Position numbers and translations under genes: made by a program. A stretch of 64,000 nucleotides of DNA from Octopus vulgaris (lineage: Eukaryota), in the NCBI GenBank assembly GCA_951406725.2, contig OX597840.1, positions 6,386,001-6,450,000 of the forward strand, read 5' to 3'. Under the pieces are notes generated by a model. The model worked only from the letters and a program-made list of their open reading frames with translations. It did no database searches and had not been told where the DNA came from. Below, in pieces: positions 1-12,445 of this stretch. Each line of letters begins with the position of its first letter. The stretch's first letter is position 1.

Positions 1-537
1 TGGAGGATAATTTACAGGAATTTCATAATTAGATGATGGAAAGTTGTATCTAAAATGAAAGAGCATTTGTTCTCCACATCATGGATTACTGGTTTGTAAA
101 ACTGATTTTGAAATTTCTCTTTCATTTCATGTGTTATTTTTTCCAGCCACACTAATTCATATGTTCTCGTTCTATTTCTCATTGTCTTCCTCTATCTCAT
201 TCTCTCTCACTTAAATTTTCATTTGGAAAAAGGAATATTCAATTTTTAGTGAGTAAAATAAATGAAGCTACTCTGTAAATTTGTGAGACATCAATTTAAG
301 TACTAAATAACAAATGGATGTCTACTGCTTAAGTCTACTTTACAATGAACAGCCCTAAAAGTCTTAGTTTAAAAATCTGAGAAAACATTCATATCATGTG
401 GAAATAAGCATGCTAAAACATGTAAGTAACCGTCTTATTTATTTAATCAAATCTCCAATATCATTTAAAAGTGAACAAATTTCTATTAGTAAGAGTCAAA
501 GAAATTATAATACAAATATATTGGTACCTTTTTGCAG

Positions 538-573
538 TTCCCAGAATACATGACCCATCTGTTACTGTAACAG
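538..573 (+). pseudogene. Decayed paralog of the 36-nt microexon (xPRIHDPSVTVT); donor position reads AT instead of GT
   Basis: ctttttgcag|36 nt|atatat; flanks resemble those of 16399-16434. Confidence 0.55.
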
Positions 574-1469
574 ATATATTAAGCTCAGCTCCGTTGTATG
601 TTTAATTATTATAATGAAAAAGTACTACAAATGAAATTAGTTATTCTCTCAATAAATTTTAGTGTTTCATCCAATGGTTTATTCATAGTTTGTACTAGTT
701 CACACATCCCACTTAGTATTATATACTCTTTTTAGTCTTTTACTTGTTTCAGTCATTTGACTGCAGCCATGCTGGAGCACCGCCTTTAGTCGAGCAAATA
801 GACCCCAGGACTTATTCTTTGTAAGCCTAGTACTTATTCTATCGGTCTCTTTTGTCGAACCGCTAAGTTACTCACAACCTCACGATCGTAAGCTCGACGT
901 TCTAACCACTGAGCCACGCGTCAACAATACAACCACATCTAATGGGCTTGAGCCACCTCCATGCATAGTTATGACTGTGCTTCCAGCTCTTTAACCCTGG
1001 ACATTCCCCTCTACTCACTGACCATTGGACTTGAAGAGTTATCTGTACACTGATAAAAATGCTAAATGCTTGAATGACAATTATAATACCATCTCCTCTC
1101 ACAAAATCTTATGTCCATTGAAAAGCTAAAATAAGGTAACTGAATGATTATGAAAGCCACATATGTTATTGGCTGATTGAACTCTTTAGTCTTATTAAGA
1201 TGTGTGTGTGTGTGTGTGTGTGTGTGATCATCATCATCATCATCATTGTTTAACGTCCACTTCCATGCTGGCATGGGTTGGACGGTTTGACTGAGGGCTG
1301 GCAAGCCAGAAGTCTGCACCAGGCTCCAATTTGATGATCTGGCAAAGTTTCTACAGCCAGATGCCCTTCCTAATGCCAACCACTCCGAGAGTGTAGTGGG
1401 TAGCACTGGCAACGACCATGTTCAAGTGGTGCTTTTTATGTGCTACAGACATGGGACCAGTCAGGCAGA

Positions 1470-1507
<38 letters not shown>

Positions 1508-2109
1508 TCATGTATGTATATATGTATATGTATGTATATATGTGTGTATAGATATATATATGTATGTATGTATATATGTGTGTGTGTATATATATATATA
1601 TATGTATGTATGTATATATGTGTGTGTGTGTATATATATATATGTATATATGTGTGTGTGTGTATATATATATATGTATGTATGTATATATATGTGTGTA
1701 TATATATATATACATACATATAAATACATACATATATATGCATGTCACTTAGCGGATCGGCAAAAGAGACCAATAGAATAAGTACTGGGCTTGCTCGACT
1801 AAAGGCGGTGCTCCAGCATGGCCACAGTCAAATGACTGAAACAAGTAAAAGAGTAAAGAGTATATATGTGTGTGTATGTATGTATATATGTATATGTATA
1901 TATGTGTGTATATATGCATGTATATGTATGTATGTATATAATCAACATGAAATTTAATATACATGTACTCACTCCATAGAAAGCTAATCTATCGCAATTC
2001 AATCATTCAGGATGAGAAACAAATACAATATATATAACAAAATGAGAGTACTTCCATTATAAAAACGTAACATATATTAAGACTTATTTAGTGTTAAATA
2101 TAAATGTTT

Positions 2110-2230
2110 CCCTGTAGACGGAATCGAGGAATAAATTGGAGCAGTAAAAGAGTGACATTATATTTGTATTATAAACTGGTTTACATTTAACTTTAATACC
2201 TCAAATGTACATTTATATTCTATAGAATGT
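2110..2230 (-). pseudogene. Inverted decayed copy of the 7356-7385 microexon and its upstream intron
   Basis: Reverse complement aligns to ~7270-7390 (ataaatgtacatttgaggtatt...tttataatacaaatataatgtcactctt); both splice sites mutated. Confidence 0.7.
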
Positions 2231-2526
2231 ATAAATATCATATGAAGTTATTTCTGATCAAAAACTATAAATTGTATAAATATCATATGGAGTATTTCTA
2301 ATAAAAAAAAATGTAGAATATATAAATATTATATGAAGTTATTTCTAATAAAAAAAAACTATATAATGTATAAATATCATATGGAGTATTTCTAATGACA
2401 AACTGTAGAATATATAAATATCATATGGAGTTATTTCTAATAAAAAAAAACTATATAATGTATAAATATCATATGAAGTTATTTCTAATCAAAGAAACTA
2501 TACAATGTATAAATATCATATATAAC
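2222..2526. repeat. AT-rich minisatellite, ~45-bp unit (ataaatatcatatgaagttatttctaat...), about 7 copies
   Basis: Visible tandem units. Confidence 0.85.
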
Positions 2527-2874
2527 TATAGACTGTAACAGGTAAACTGGGACCATTTAAGTATGTTTAATATAATTATCGTTCGTCGTTTAACGTCCGC
2601 TTTCCATGCTAGCATGGGTTGGACGGTTTGACTGTGGGCTGGTGAACCAGATGACTGTACCAGGCTCCAGTCTTTATCTGGCAGAATTTCTACAGCTGGA
2701 TGCCCTTCCTAATGCCAACCACTCCAGGAGTGTAGTGGGTGCTTTTATGTGCCACCAGCACGGGGGCCAGTCAGGCGGTACTGTCAACAACCTTGCTCGA
2801 ATTTTTTTATACATGCCAACGGCACAGGTGCCAGTAAGGTGATGCTTGTAATGATCCCATTCGGTGAGCTGGTT

Positions 2875-3105
2875 AAGGCGGAGAGCTGGCATAATCGTTA
2901 GCACGCCGGGCGAAATGCTGAGCGGTATTTTGTCTGCCGTTACGTTCTGAGTTCAAATTCCGCCGAGGTCGACTTTGCCTTTCATCCTTTTGGGGTTGAT
3001 AAATTAAGTACCAGTTACTCACTGGGGTCGATGTAATCGACTTAATCCCTTTGTCTGTCCTTGTTTGTCCCCTCTGTGTTTAGCCCCTTGTGGGTAGTAA
3101 AGAAA
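2875..3105 (+). mobile_element. tRNA-derived SINE, family C (ggcggagagctggc...gagttcaaattcc...gcctttcatcc); related copies on - at ~7700-8360 and ~47107-47335
   Basis: A-box and B-box-like motifs; multiple copies in the window. Confidence 0.8.
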
Positions 3106-4418
3106 TATGTAATGGTGCCTCCTACATGCCACCGGCACGGAAGCCGGTCAGCCGCTCTGGCAACGATCATGCTCAGATGTGGAAAAATCAAACAGTGCAA
3201 GTTTTATGTTTATGCCAATTTATTGTGGAGTGTTTAGCACTTATTTCAGTTCAGTGTAACTGCCATTATCTTTCTTTGCCAGTTCAATCCGTTTCCGAAA
3301 TGACGTGAATGCCTTAACTATTTCTTCCTTTTTCATTTTACCGAATGCTCGCTCGGTTGAAGCCTTCAGTGAAGACACACAGTTGTGATAAGTTGCATTG
3401 GATATTGCTTCAGCTGCACCCCGCTGAGCCAAAAATCACACAAATTCAAAATCTTGTAAGCTAGAGGGCCAGATATCTTTAGGGACAGACATGGGCAGTT
3501 CCTTCTACAAGCATTTTTACACTCTTTTCAAAGAATGAGTGGGTGTGGAGTCCTGTACAAACATGTCTTGACTTTCATTCTAATGCTTCCTAATCCAAGG
3601 CAACAAAACTTAAAAGATTTTGAGATACTCTGCTCCATTGATTTTAAGACCCACTTCAATAAGATGAGGAAGTATCAATTTCCCATCTCTTGCAACAGCT
3701 CCACAGACCATAATGGAAGCTGGATTCTTGCTATGCATAGCAGAGGGTACTTGGGAAGGGTTGTACACTATCACTCAGGAGTTTTGATGGTTTGCAACTT
3801 CGTTCTACCACGAACTACTTTTCATTCACAAAGATGTTTCAGATGACTAACTTCAAATATCAACTTTAACAAAATAAAAACAACCACCACACTGTTTTAG
3901 ATGACTAAGAAGTTTTGGACTTCTTTCAACCAACCCGAATGGCTTTGGAGTGCATAGTTAGGATGTTACAGTGTCTATTCACGTATGATTCCATATGGAA
4001 GTCTTTGTTTCACAGCCCTAGAAATGGTCATTTTACTGATTCCTCAATCTTGAGCCAACTTCACCATCAATTTCGATGGATTCGACTCAGTTGATCTTAT
4101 AAGTCCTGCTAAGAAGCGAGGTGTGCAGTTTCAGTCCCTACAAGGATTTTAGGCTTTCTCTAAACTTCCTGACTTTTCTTCAAATTGACTACAACTCTAA
4201 AAACAGTAGATTTGGCATACTTTATGGCTCTAGCAATCTTCCCAGCACTTTTACTGGTGCACAATAATTCAGAAATTACACTTCTACAATTTAATTCTTT
4301 ATTAATATTTATAACTTGTTCAAGCAGAAATTAAAAAAAATAGCTCAAGTGATTATTGAAGTTTGTAATATTTAAAATTTAGACTCCAACAAAATCTATA
4401 CAATTAGAAATCTACCCA

Positions 4419-5195
4419 TTTGAAACTTGTCCCAGTTTACCTGTTACACCCTGTATTTGAAACTTGTCCCAGTTTACCTGTTACACCCTGTATTTGAAAC
4501 CTGTCCCAGTTTACCTGTTACACCCTGTATTTGAAACTTGTCCCAGTTTACCTGTTACACCCTGTATTTGAAACTTGTCCCAGTTTACCTGTTACACCCT
4601 GTATTTGAAACTTGTCCCAGTTTACCTGTTACACCTTGTATTTGAAACTTGTCCCAGTTTACCTGTTACACCTTGTATTTGAAACTTGTCCCAGTTTACC
4701 TGTGACACCCTGTATTTGAAACTTGTCCCAGTTTACCTGTTACACCCTGTATTTGAAACTTGTCCCAGTTTACCTGTTACACCCTGTATTTGAAACTTGT
4801 CCCAGTTTACCTGTTACACCCTGTATTTGAAACTTGTCCCAGTTTACCTGTTACACCCTGTATTTGAAACTTGTCCCAGTTTACCTGTTACACCCTGTGT
4901 TTGAAACTTGTCCCAGTTTACCTGTTACACCCTGTATTTGAAACTTGTCCCAGTTTACCTGTTACACCTTGTATTTGAAACTTGTCCCAGTTTACCTGTG
5001 ACACCCTGTATTTGAAACTTGTCCCATTTTACCTGTTACACCCTGTATTTGAAACTTGTCCCAGTTTACCTGTTACACCCTGTATTTGAAACTTGTCCCA
5101 GTTTACCTGTTACACCCTGTATATGAAACTTGTCCCAGTTTACCTGTTACACCCTGTATTTGAAACTTGTCCCAGTTTACCTGTTACACTCTGTA
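4419..5195. repeat. 37-bp minisatellite x21 (tttgaaacttgtcccagtttacctgttacaccctgta), derived from the transposon TIR
   Basis: Exact 37-bp period with no spacers. Confidence 0.97.
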
Positions 5196-5410
5196 TTTCT
5201 AATCAAAAACATTAAGCCCAGCTGCGGTTCATCTATGTCTAATGCTTATATGGATTTGTTACTATACTGTCACACTTAGTGACTGATTTATTGTGTAGAA
5301 ATGATAATTGCTCATTAAATATATTTTTATATAGAATAACAGATATATAAATAATTTGAGAGAGAGAGAGGAATTGGAAGTTGTGCGATGCCATGGATTG
5401 CAGCAAGAAA

Positions 5411-5793
5411 TCTCTCTCTATATAAACGGCAGTTTGTCTGTCTGCGTGTCTGTGTGTCTGTTAGGTTGTACCCTCACCCTGACCACGGCTTTCAACTGAT
5501 TCTGATGAAACTTGACACACACATAGCCCAATGTCATAATTCAAAACTAACGCAGCGAAAATTTTGAAAAGTTCCCCCAGTTCTGAAAAAAATCGATAAA
5601 TTCGACATGGGGTCGAGAATCAGAAACACAAACCACAGACTGTCTAGGGGACGCAACTCGACCTTTTTAACTCTCAAAAAAATTTACCATCATTTTTTTC
5701 CCATTTTTTTGCTATTTTTTGGCTATAACTCTCTAAAAATGCTTTATAGTTATTTCCCTTACAAACCCGAGCAACGCCGGGCGATACTGCTTG
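5411..5793 (+). mobile_element. Non-autonomous Helitron-like element
   Basis: 5' TC, subterminal hairpin cccgagcaacgccggg, CTAG-like end (cttg), inserted between A and T. Confidence 0.75.
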
Positions 5794-6054
5794 TATATTT
5801 ATAACTCATAAGCTATCTGTACGTCTGTTTGTCTTTTCTCACTCAGCATGTTAATATCATTTGAACTTTCACTATGTCAACAGTTTATTCATTCACAATA
5901 TATTTACTGTTACATTTAAATGAAGAGGTCTTGATTGTAATTTTCTACATTTACTGAGATATTTATGCTATATAGTACTTTGTTTTTTTTTAACACATAT
6001 CAGCTTAAATATTGTATGACAGGTAGTAAATGGATATTCACTCTTTGATTACAG

Positions 6055-6084
6055 GGAAAACTGGCCCAAACTGTACTCACACTG
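6055..6084 (+). CDS. Microexon (30 nt, phase 1-1) of mucin-like gene, encoding xKTGPNCTHT
   Basis: ctctttgattacag|GG AAA ACT GGC CCA AAC TGT ACT CAC ACT G|gtatgg; multiple of 3, no stop, phase matches the other exons. Confidence 0.6.
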
Positions 6085-6231
6085 GTATGGATATTTTAAT
6101 ATCAATATATGAAATGTCTTTATATTTTATCATTGTTTGATTTCACTTTTTCAATATCAGCGACAGTGGACGCTGGAAAAAGTATAAGTATTTGTGAAGG
6201 AAATCTAATTCTCGCCGACAACTATGATTGT

Positions 6232-6276
6232 CACACGCTGACGAGAGGTCAATACCTCGAAATTCGAGTCCGTGTG
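6232..6276 (+). ncRNA. Type I hammerhead ribozyme (minimal stem III)
   Basis: Stem I cacacg/cgtgtg; CTGACGA core; stem II gagg-tcaata-cctc; GAAA; stem III AT-TCGA-GT with palindromic loop; GTC cleavage triplet ending at 6270. Confidence 0.88.
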
Positions 6277-6604
6277 TATCATAAGTTGAAAGACGGGAAG
6301 GATGACTTCCTTTGCAAATACTGACAAGACACAGAAAGTGTGTCTATGGCCAGCTGGAGGAGTGTGTCCTCCTGGGGCTAAAAACTACAGTAGCATCCAC
6401 CCTTAGGGGTTAGCCATATTGAAATGGCAAATATACGTCACTTTATATTTTAATTATATATACTTATTATAAGTACAAATTACCAGTTCTATAACATGGA
6501 AGCAGTGAAAATACCTTGGTCTATAGTTGGTTGTTTTTATTTTGTTAAAGTTAATGTTTATTGTGAAGCCAAAAAGATCATCTTAATCTCAGGATACTTG
6601 TCTC

Positions 6605-6925
6605 ACATTTGAATACTCCTTTGCTAAGTTTTGTATGAAGAATGTATCTATATTCTGTTGTGTCTAGGGAGAGTCATTTTCTTTTTATACCTTATAATGT
6701 AACACACTCACCAGTAAAATTTCCACTTATTTCTTCTTTTTTTAAAATTTTCTTAAAATTTTCGTTGTGTCTTGCAACCTTTTCAATAGTCTTGACTAAG
6801 AAATAAGTGAAATTTTACCAGTGAGTGTGTTACATTATAAGGCACAAAAAGAAAATGACTCTCCCCAGACACAACAGAATATGCTTCAACACATGAACTC
6901 ATATAAAGAATCTTGCAAACCAAAT
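6605..6925. repeat. Inverted repeat (~130-bp arms) of a dispersed element
   Basis: gagagtcattttcttttt...ttataatgtaacacactcac is the inverse of gtgagtgtgttacattataa...aaaagaaaatgactctc. Confidence 0.8.
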
Positions 6926-7355
6926 CCAAAAACGAAATGTATCTATAGACAATTGAAAAAACATTGCAGATTAAAATGGAAGAATCACAACATATTTATG
7001 GAATATGCAGAATGATAGGTTCTTAAAATGTTGAAAGAATGGTGGATGAGAGTTGTATTCTTCAGGAGATGATACATAGATTGCTACTTCAATTAAGGAA
7101 GATCTGTTACAGTTCAGGTACAAAGGACAGCGTGACACTGAGAGTTTTAATCAAAGATACACAATGATCTATTGTAGATGTGTTATAGAGAGACAATTTG
7201 AAAAATATATAGATCGTAATATGGGAATTTGTATCCAAGATTATCATTTACATTTTATTTAATACTATATTCTATATTATATAAATGTACATTTGAGGTA
7301 TTGAAGTTTTGTGTAAACCTGTTTATAATACAAATATAATGTCACTCTTTGACAG

Positions 7356-7385
7356 CTCCACCTGGTTCTCCTATTTCATCCACAG
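7356..7385 (+). CDS. Microexon (30 nt, phase 1-1), encoding APPGSPISST
   Basis: ctctttgacag|CT CCA CCT GGT TCT CCT ATT TCA TCC ACA G|gtatgt; canonical splice sites, P/S/T-rich, GC-richer than flanks. Confidence 0.75.
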
Positions 7386-8393
7386 GTATGTATATTTTAC
7401 GCTAAAAAATTCTTTCTGTATGTTACAACTTTATAATGGAAGTTCTCAGACTCTCTCTCTTCATATTTTCTTAAATGTGTTGCATTTTTTTTCATCCTGG
7501 ATGATTGAATTGAAGTGGTAACCTTTATATGATGGTAATACACATCTACTTTCATGTTCATTATACATATGTGTATATATATATATTCTCTTTATTGCCC
7601 ACAAGGGGGGGACGTAAACACACCAGCATCGGTTGTCAAGCAATGCTAGACAAACACAGGACACAAACACACATACATATATATATATACCCAGTATGAA
7701 ACTGGCTACTTTAGTTTCCGTCGACCCCGAAGGATGAAAGGCAAAGTCGACCCCGGGGCGGAATTTGAACTTGCAGAATGCCAACGACAGACGAAATACA
7801 GCTAAGCATTTCGCCTGCGCACGTTACAACGTTTAATGCCAGTTCTCAGCCTCTCTCTGCATATGTATATATATGTGTGTGTGTTTTCATCCTGGATGTA
7901 TGGTAACCTTTATATGATGGTAATACACATCCACCTTCATGTTCAATATGCATATGTGTATATATATTTCTTTATTGCCCACAAGGGGCTAAACATAGAG
8001 GGGGACAAACAATGACAGACAAACGGATTAAGTCGATTATATTGACCCAGTGCGAAACTGGTCTCACCACCTGCATATGTGTATATATGATTGATTGATT
8101 GATTCTAGTTTCAGCTTATGAGCTGTGGCCATGCTGGGGCACCGCCATTTGTATATGTATTCTTTATTGCCCACAAGGGGCTAAACATAGTACAATGACA
8201 GACAAACGGATTAAGTCGATTATATCGACTCAGTACGAAACTGGTACTTTATTTATCGACCCCGAGAGGATGAAAGGCAAAGTCGACCTCGGTGGAATTT
8301 GAACTCAGAACTGTACAGCTAATTTCGCCCGGCGCGCTACGTTTCTGCCAGCTCGCCGCCTGTATATGTGTATATATGTGTGTGTGTATATGT

Positions 8394-8434
<41 letters not shown>

Positions 8435-8438
<4 letters not shown>

Positions 8439-8955
8439 TCACGGAGGTTGGCGTTAGGAAGGGCATCCAGCTGTAGAAACACTGCAGATCAGACTGGAGC
8501 CTGGTGCAGCCTCCTGGCCCAGACCCCGGTCGAAACCGTTCAACCCGTGCTAGCACGGAAAACGGACGTTAAACGATGATGATGATGATATATGAGCACC
8601 ATCTGAGTATGATCATTGCCAGAGCAGCCAAGTGGCTTCCATGCCGGTGGCACGTAAAAGGGTACCATTCGAGCGTGATCATTACCAACGTTGCCTTACT
8701 GGCACCTGTGCTGGTGGCATGTGTAAAAAGATTCAAGTGAGGTCATTGCCTGTACCACCTGACTGGCCCCCATTCGAGTGGCACGTAAAAAGCACCCACT
8801 ACACACTTGGAGTGGTTGGCATTAGGAAAGGCATCCAGCTGTAGAAACTCTGCCAGATCAAGATTGGAGGCTGGTGCACCCATCTGGTTCACCAGCGCTC
8901 AGTCAAAATCGTCCAACCCATGTTAGCATGGAAAGCGGACATTAAACGATGATGA

Positions 8956-8960
<5 letters not shown>
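8435..8960 (+). mobile_element. Two tandem family B retroposon copies (ggcgttaggaagggcatccagctgtagaaa...(GAT)n tail); others at ~1228-1465(-), 2580-2860(-), 14630-15040(-), 17870-18200(-), 18700-19280(+), 29975-30120(+)
   Basis: Shared core and (GAT)n tail in many copies. Confidence 0.85.
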
Positions 8961-8986
<26 letters not shown>

Positions 8987-9801
8987 CTCTTTTCTTGTTT
9001 CAGTCATTTGACTGCAGCCATGCTGGAGCACCGCCTTTAGTTGAGCAAATCAACTCCAGGACTTATTCTTTGTAAGCCTAGTACTTATTCTATTGGTCTC
9101 TTTTGCTGAACCGCTAAGTTATGGGGATGTAAACACTCCAGCATCAGTTGTCAAGCAATGTAAGGGGGACAAACATATGCACACACATACATATATATGT
9201 ATACATATATACGACAGGCATCTTTCAGTTTCCATCTACCAAATCCACTCACAAGGCTTTGTTCGGCCCTAGGTACCATGCAGTGGGACTGAACCCAGAA
9301 CCATGTGGTTGGTAAGCAAGCTACTTACCACACAGCCACTCCTGCGCCTATATATATATACACACACACATATATATATATATTTATATAAATATATGCA
9401 TGGACAATGGACATTAAACAATGATGTATATACAGGTACTAAAGTATATCTGTATGTATGTGTATATATACATATATATAATACTCACAGACACACATAT
9501 CCATGCCTATGTATGACACATGCATGTGTGTCTTAGACTGGCTGCCTTAACAAGGTTAAGGACTTCAATCAACCAATAAAATGAGTGGCTTCCATAATCA
9601 TTCAGTTATCTTACTTTGGCTCTTCAAGAGATATGAGTTATTGAGGGGAGGAGATGGGGATATGCATGTGGTACAAGCATGTAACTTTTCTGTCGAAGTG
9701 TACAGATATCTCTTCAAGTCTCTAAGCAATGGATTCGTGGTGGAATGTCCGGGCTTAAAGAGCTGGAAGCACAATCATAAATCAGCATGAAGGTAGCTTA
9801 A

Positions 9802-10022
9802 CCCTTTCGTTACTGTATTTATTTTGAGATGCTCTATGTTTTTTCAATTACTTCAAATACAACAAAAGAATTTAGTAAAATAACTTGGTTATCATTCAGC
9901 TAGTGTTAGGAATATAAATTATGACTAAGGTTTGGTGGAAGATTCTAATTCAAAACTTATGACAACAAGACATTTGTACTACAGAGCCAGAGCCAGTTCC
10001 AGGCGGGTTGGTAACAAAAGGG
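9802..10022. mobile_element. piggyBac-like MITE
   Basis: TTAA|ccctttcgttac ... gtaacaaaaggg|TTAA. Confidence 0.8.
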
Positions 10023-11000
10023 TTAAGGCCATTGAATGTGGCTGCATTGTTGACAGAACAGCAATAAGTTTCAGCAAGGCCACAATCTATGTTGGTGTGT
10101 TTGCATCAGCTAAGTGACCGGGCTTAAGAAAAGATAATTATTGGGGTTGACTTGTCCAGCTAAAATTCTGCATAGCTGCAGTTTAATGATTGAAATAAAT
10201 GAAAGAAAATTGAAGAACAAAACAATGGCTAATTATTATTTCACTCTTATAAAGCACTAAAATCGTAATTTCTTTTTTCTTTAAAACAATTTGGAAAATG
10301 TGTGGAGGAATTACAACCGTGTTTCGTGGTCTGCTACCACAACAGCTCTTTTATAGGATCCAGTTAGCTCAAGACATCATCAGGAGGAACCACATCCGGT
10401 TTCGGCCCCTATTCTTCTACCGTTTTGATGTGGTGGTGCCCCCCCTTTCGGAGGTGTCTTCAGCTTCTGGTGTTGGGTGCATGTCTTCTTTCTTCTTTCT
10501 TCTGTTCCCTGGCCTCTTCGATGTATCGTCAGCGAGTGTCAGCCGGTGACTGACTGTCTTGTCAAATTTTTCCCTTTAAATACCTGCCGCATAGGCTCCA
10601 GCAGGCAGCCCCAGCAAGTTGTCACATGACACTGTCTCACCTTAACCGACTAGTGAAGGCGTGTAGTTTTAGACCGCGCTTTTTCTAAACGACCGTCACC
10701 TGACAGGCAGTCCCAGCAAATTGTCACATGACACTGTCTCACCTTAACTGACTAGTGAAGGTGCATAGTTTTAGCCCGCTCTTTTTTCTAAACGACCGTC
10801 ACCTGTCAGTCAGATCTACAAACTGTGAGAAAGCTGTTACAAGATGATGTCTTGAGCTAACAGGGACGTATATGGAATATTCTTTATGTAATCCCTATTA
10901 TTTATGTAAACAAGCCTCTTGTAGCATTTAAAAGTATACATGTGACACATAAAAATTTCTATTAGTTCTTAAGAGTAAAAGAGTTTATAATATAAATTAA

Positions 11001-12178
11001 CTAGCAGTATAGCCCGGCGTTGCTCAGGTTTGTTTTTTAGTTGCACTTAAAACGGCAGACTTTGATGTCGCATTAACAAAGTTTTGACATAGTTTCAATC
11101 TATGAATAAAAGTATAGTGTGGTGATGCTCGAATTTGCTCTGAATGTGCTGCAAATGTGTAATGCTGACTTCAATTGTTGGTTAATATTCCTTCTATTAA
11201 CATCACGGAGAAAAAAATTACCCATAGATTTAAAGCAAAATGAAGCTCAAGTCTCGAACTGCACTGAAAATCTATTAAGAAGTTAACACTGCAACAGAAT
11301 TCATTAAGAAAAAGTAGAGGAAAATCCAAAACGTTAGTAAGAACAGTTTGTGGTTAGAAAAAACCCCCAAAAATGTTATTTTGAAGTGAAACGGGTGGGC
11401 AACATGAATCATGGTTGTACCTGTAAAATGAATAAAATCGACTATTTTACATCATGTATAACTAAAAAAATCTGCAAAATCAAAACACACCCATTGAAGG
11501 TTTGACTTGAACATCGTAGATAGTAACAGCATGCAGATCACACATTTTCTGGTTGAAATACACCAAAAAATGAGGAGACAGCAGTAAAGAAATCATAAAA
11601 ATAGGGGTTTTCATAGAAAAAAATGTACCTTTTTGATGTAAATAATTTTTGGTCTTAACAAGGTCCGATTTGAATTTTTTTCTTCTACGGAATGAAGAGC
11701 AAGCCTTCTTCTATCATATTTTCAATTTTGGCAACTTGCGCTGCAGGGTCTCGGAGGAGATAGTGTTAGTTGAAGGCTACCAAACCTGCCACCACCCGGC
11801 GTTGCTTGGGTTTGTTTCGACCCTTTAGAATTGGAATTTTTGAAAAGTAAACATTTTTCATTATGTAGCTTATTATTCTCCTTAAGTGAACATTTTTCTG
11901 GTTGAAATACACTGAAAAATGACAACACAGCAGTCAAAAAATCGTAAAAAATAGGGATTTTCATAGGAAAAAAGCACCTTTTTGATGTAAATAATTATTG
12001 GTGTTAACATGGTCTGATTTGAATTTTTTCTTCTGCGGAAGGAAGAGCAAGCCTTCTTCTATCATAATCTCAATTTTGGTCAACTTGCGCTGCAGGGTCT
12101 CGGAGGAGATAGTGTTAGTTGAAGGCTACCAAACCTGCCACACATACTTACAGACAACTTCAGCTTTATAGATATAGA
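11001..12178 (-). mobile_element. Helitron-like element with ~260-bp internal duplication
   Basis: ctagcagtatagcccggcgttgctc is the inverse of the 5411-5793 3' end; ends in tataga (5' TC on the - strand). Confidence 0.75.
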
Positions 12179-12195
12179 TTGACACTTTTCTGCAG

Positions 12196-12230
12196 TACCT
12201 GAATCGCTGGTTCATATGTTTCTCCATCAT
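12196..12230 (+). pseudogene. Frameshifted (35 nt) paralog of the 36-nt microexon
   Basis: ttttctgcag|tacctgaatcgctggttcatatgtttctccatcat|gtttgtacagttcta aligns to 16399-16450 with a 1-nt deletion; Helitron-like element inserted just upstream. Confidence 0.55.
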
Positions 12231-12445
12231 GTTTGTACAGTTCTATTGTATGGTTAATAAAAGCATTACTGAATGTAATTAGTTATTCTGAGATTATATT
12301 CTAGTTCAGCATCTGGTAGTTCGTTATAATTATAAATATCATATGAAGCTATTTCACATCAAAAATATTCAGACCAACTGTGTTAAGCTGTGTTTAATAT
12401 TGGTGTATGTGATACATAATGCTTTTATATAATGTTTAATGTATA

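Larger units (their letters stand above)
2529..5195 (-). mobile_element. Degenerate Tc1/mariner transposon with SINE insertions; right TIR amplified in tandem
   Basis: Left end (ta)tagactgtaacaggtaaactgggac is the inverse of gtcccagtttacctgttacaccctg(ta); minus-strand transposase remnants at ~3240-4290 (WPSSLQDF, QDSTPH). Confidence 0.75.

Noticed and set aside
1351-2002. Short YI/HT/CV-rich ORFs here and at 31576-33301, 37394-37906, 59900-62302
   Set aside because: Dinucleotide and tetranucleotide microsatellites and SINE-derived frames
4419-5195. 37-bp repeat array resembling CRISPR repeats
   Set aside because: No spacers, no cas genes, eukaryotic context; the unit is a transposon TIR
6750-6790. 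Hammerhead-like motif on - strand (ttgaaaa-gttg..caac-gaaaatttta)
   Set aside because: Two mismatches in CUGANGA and no convincing stem I; at most a decayed relic
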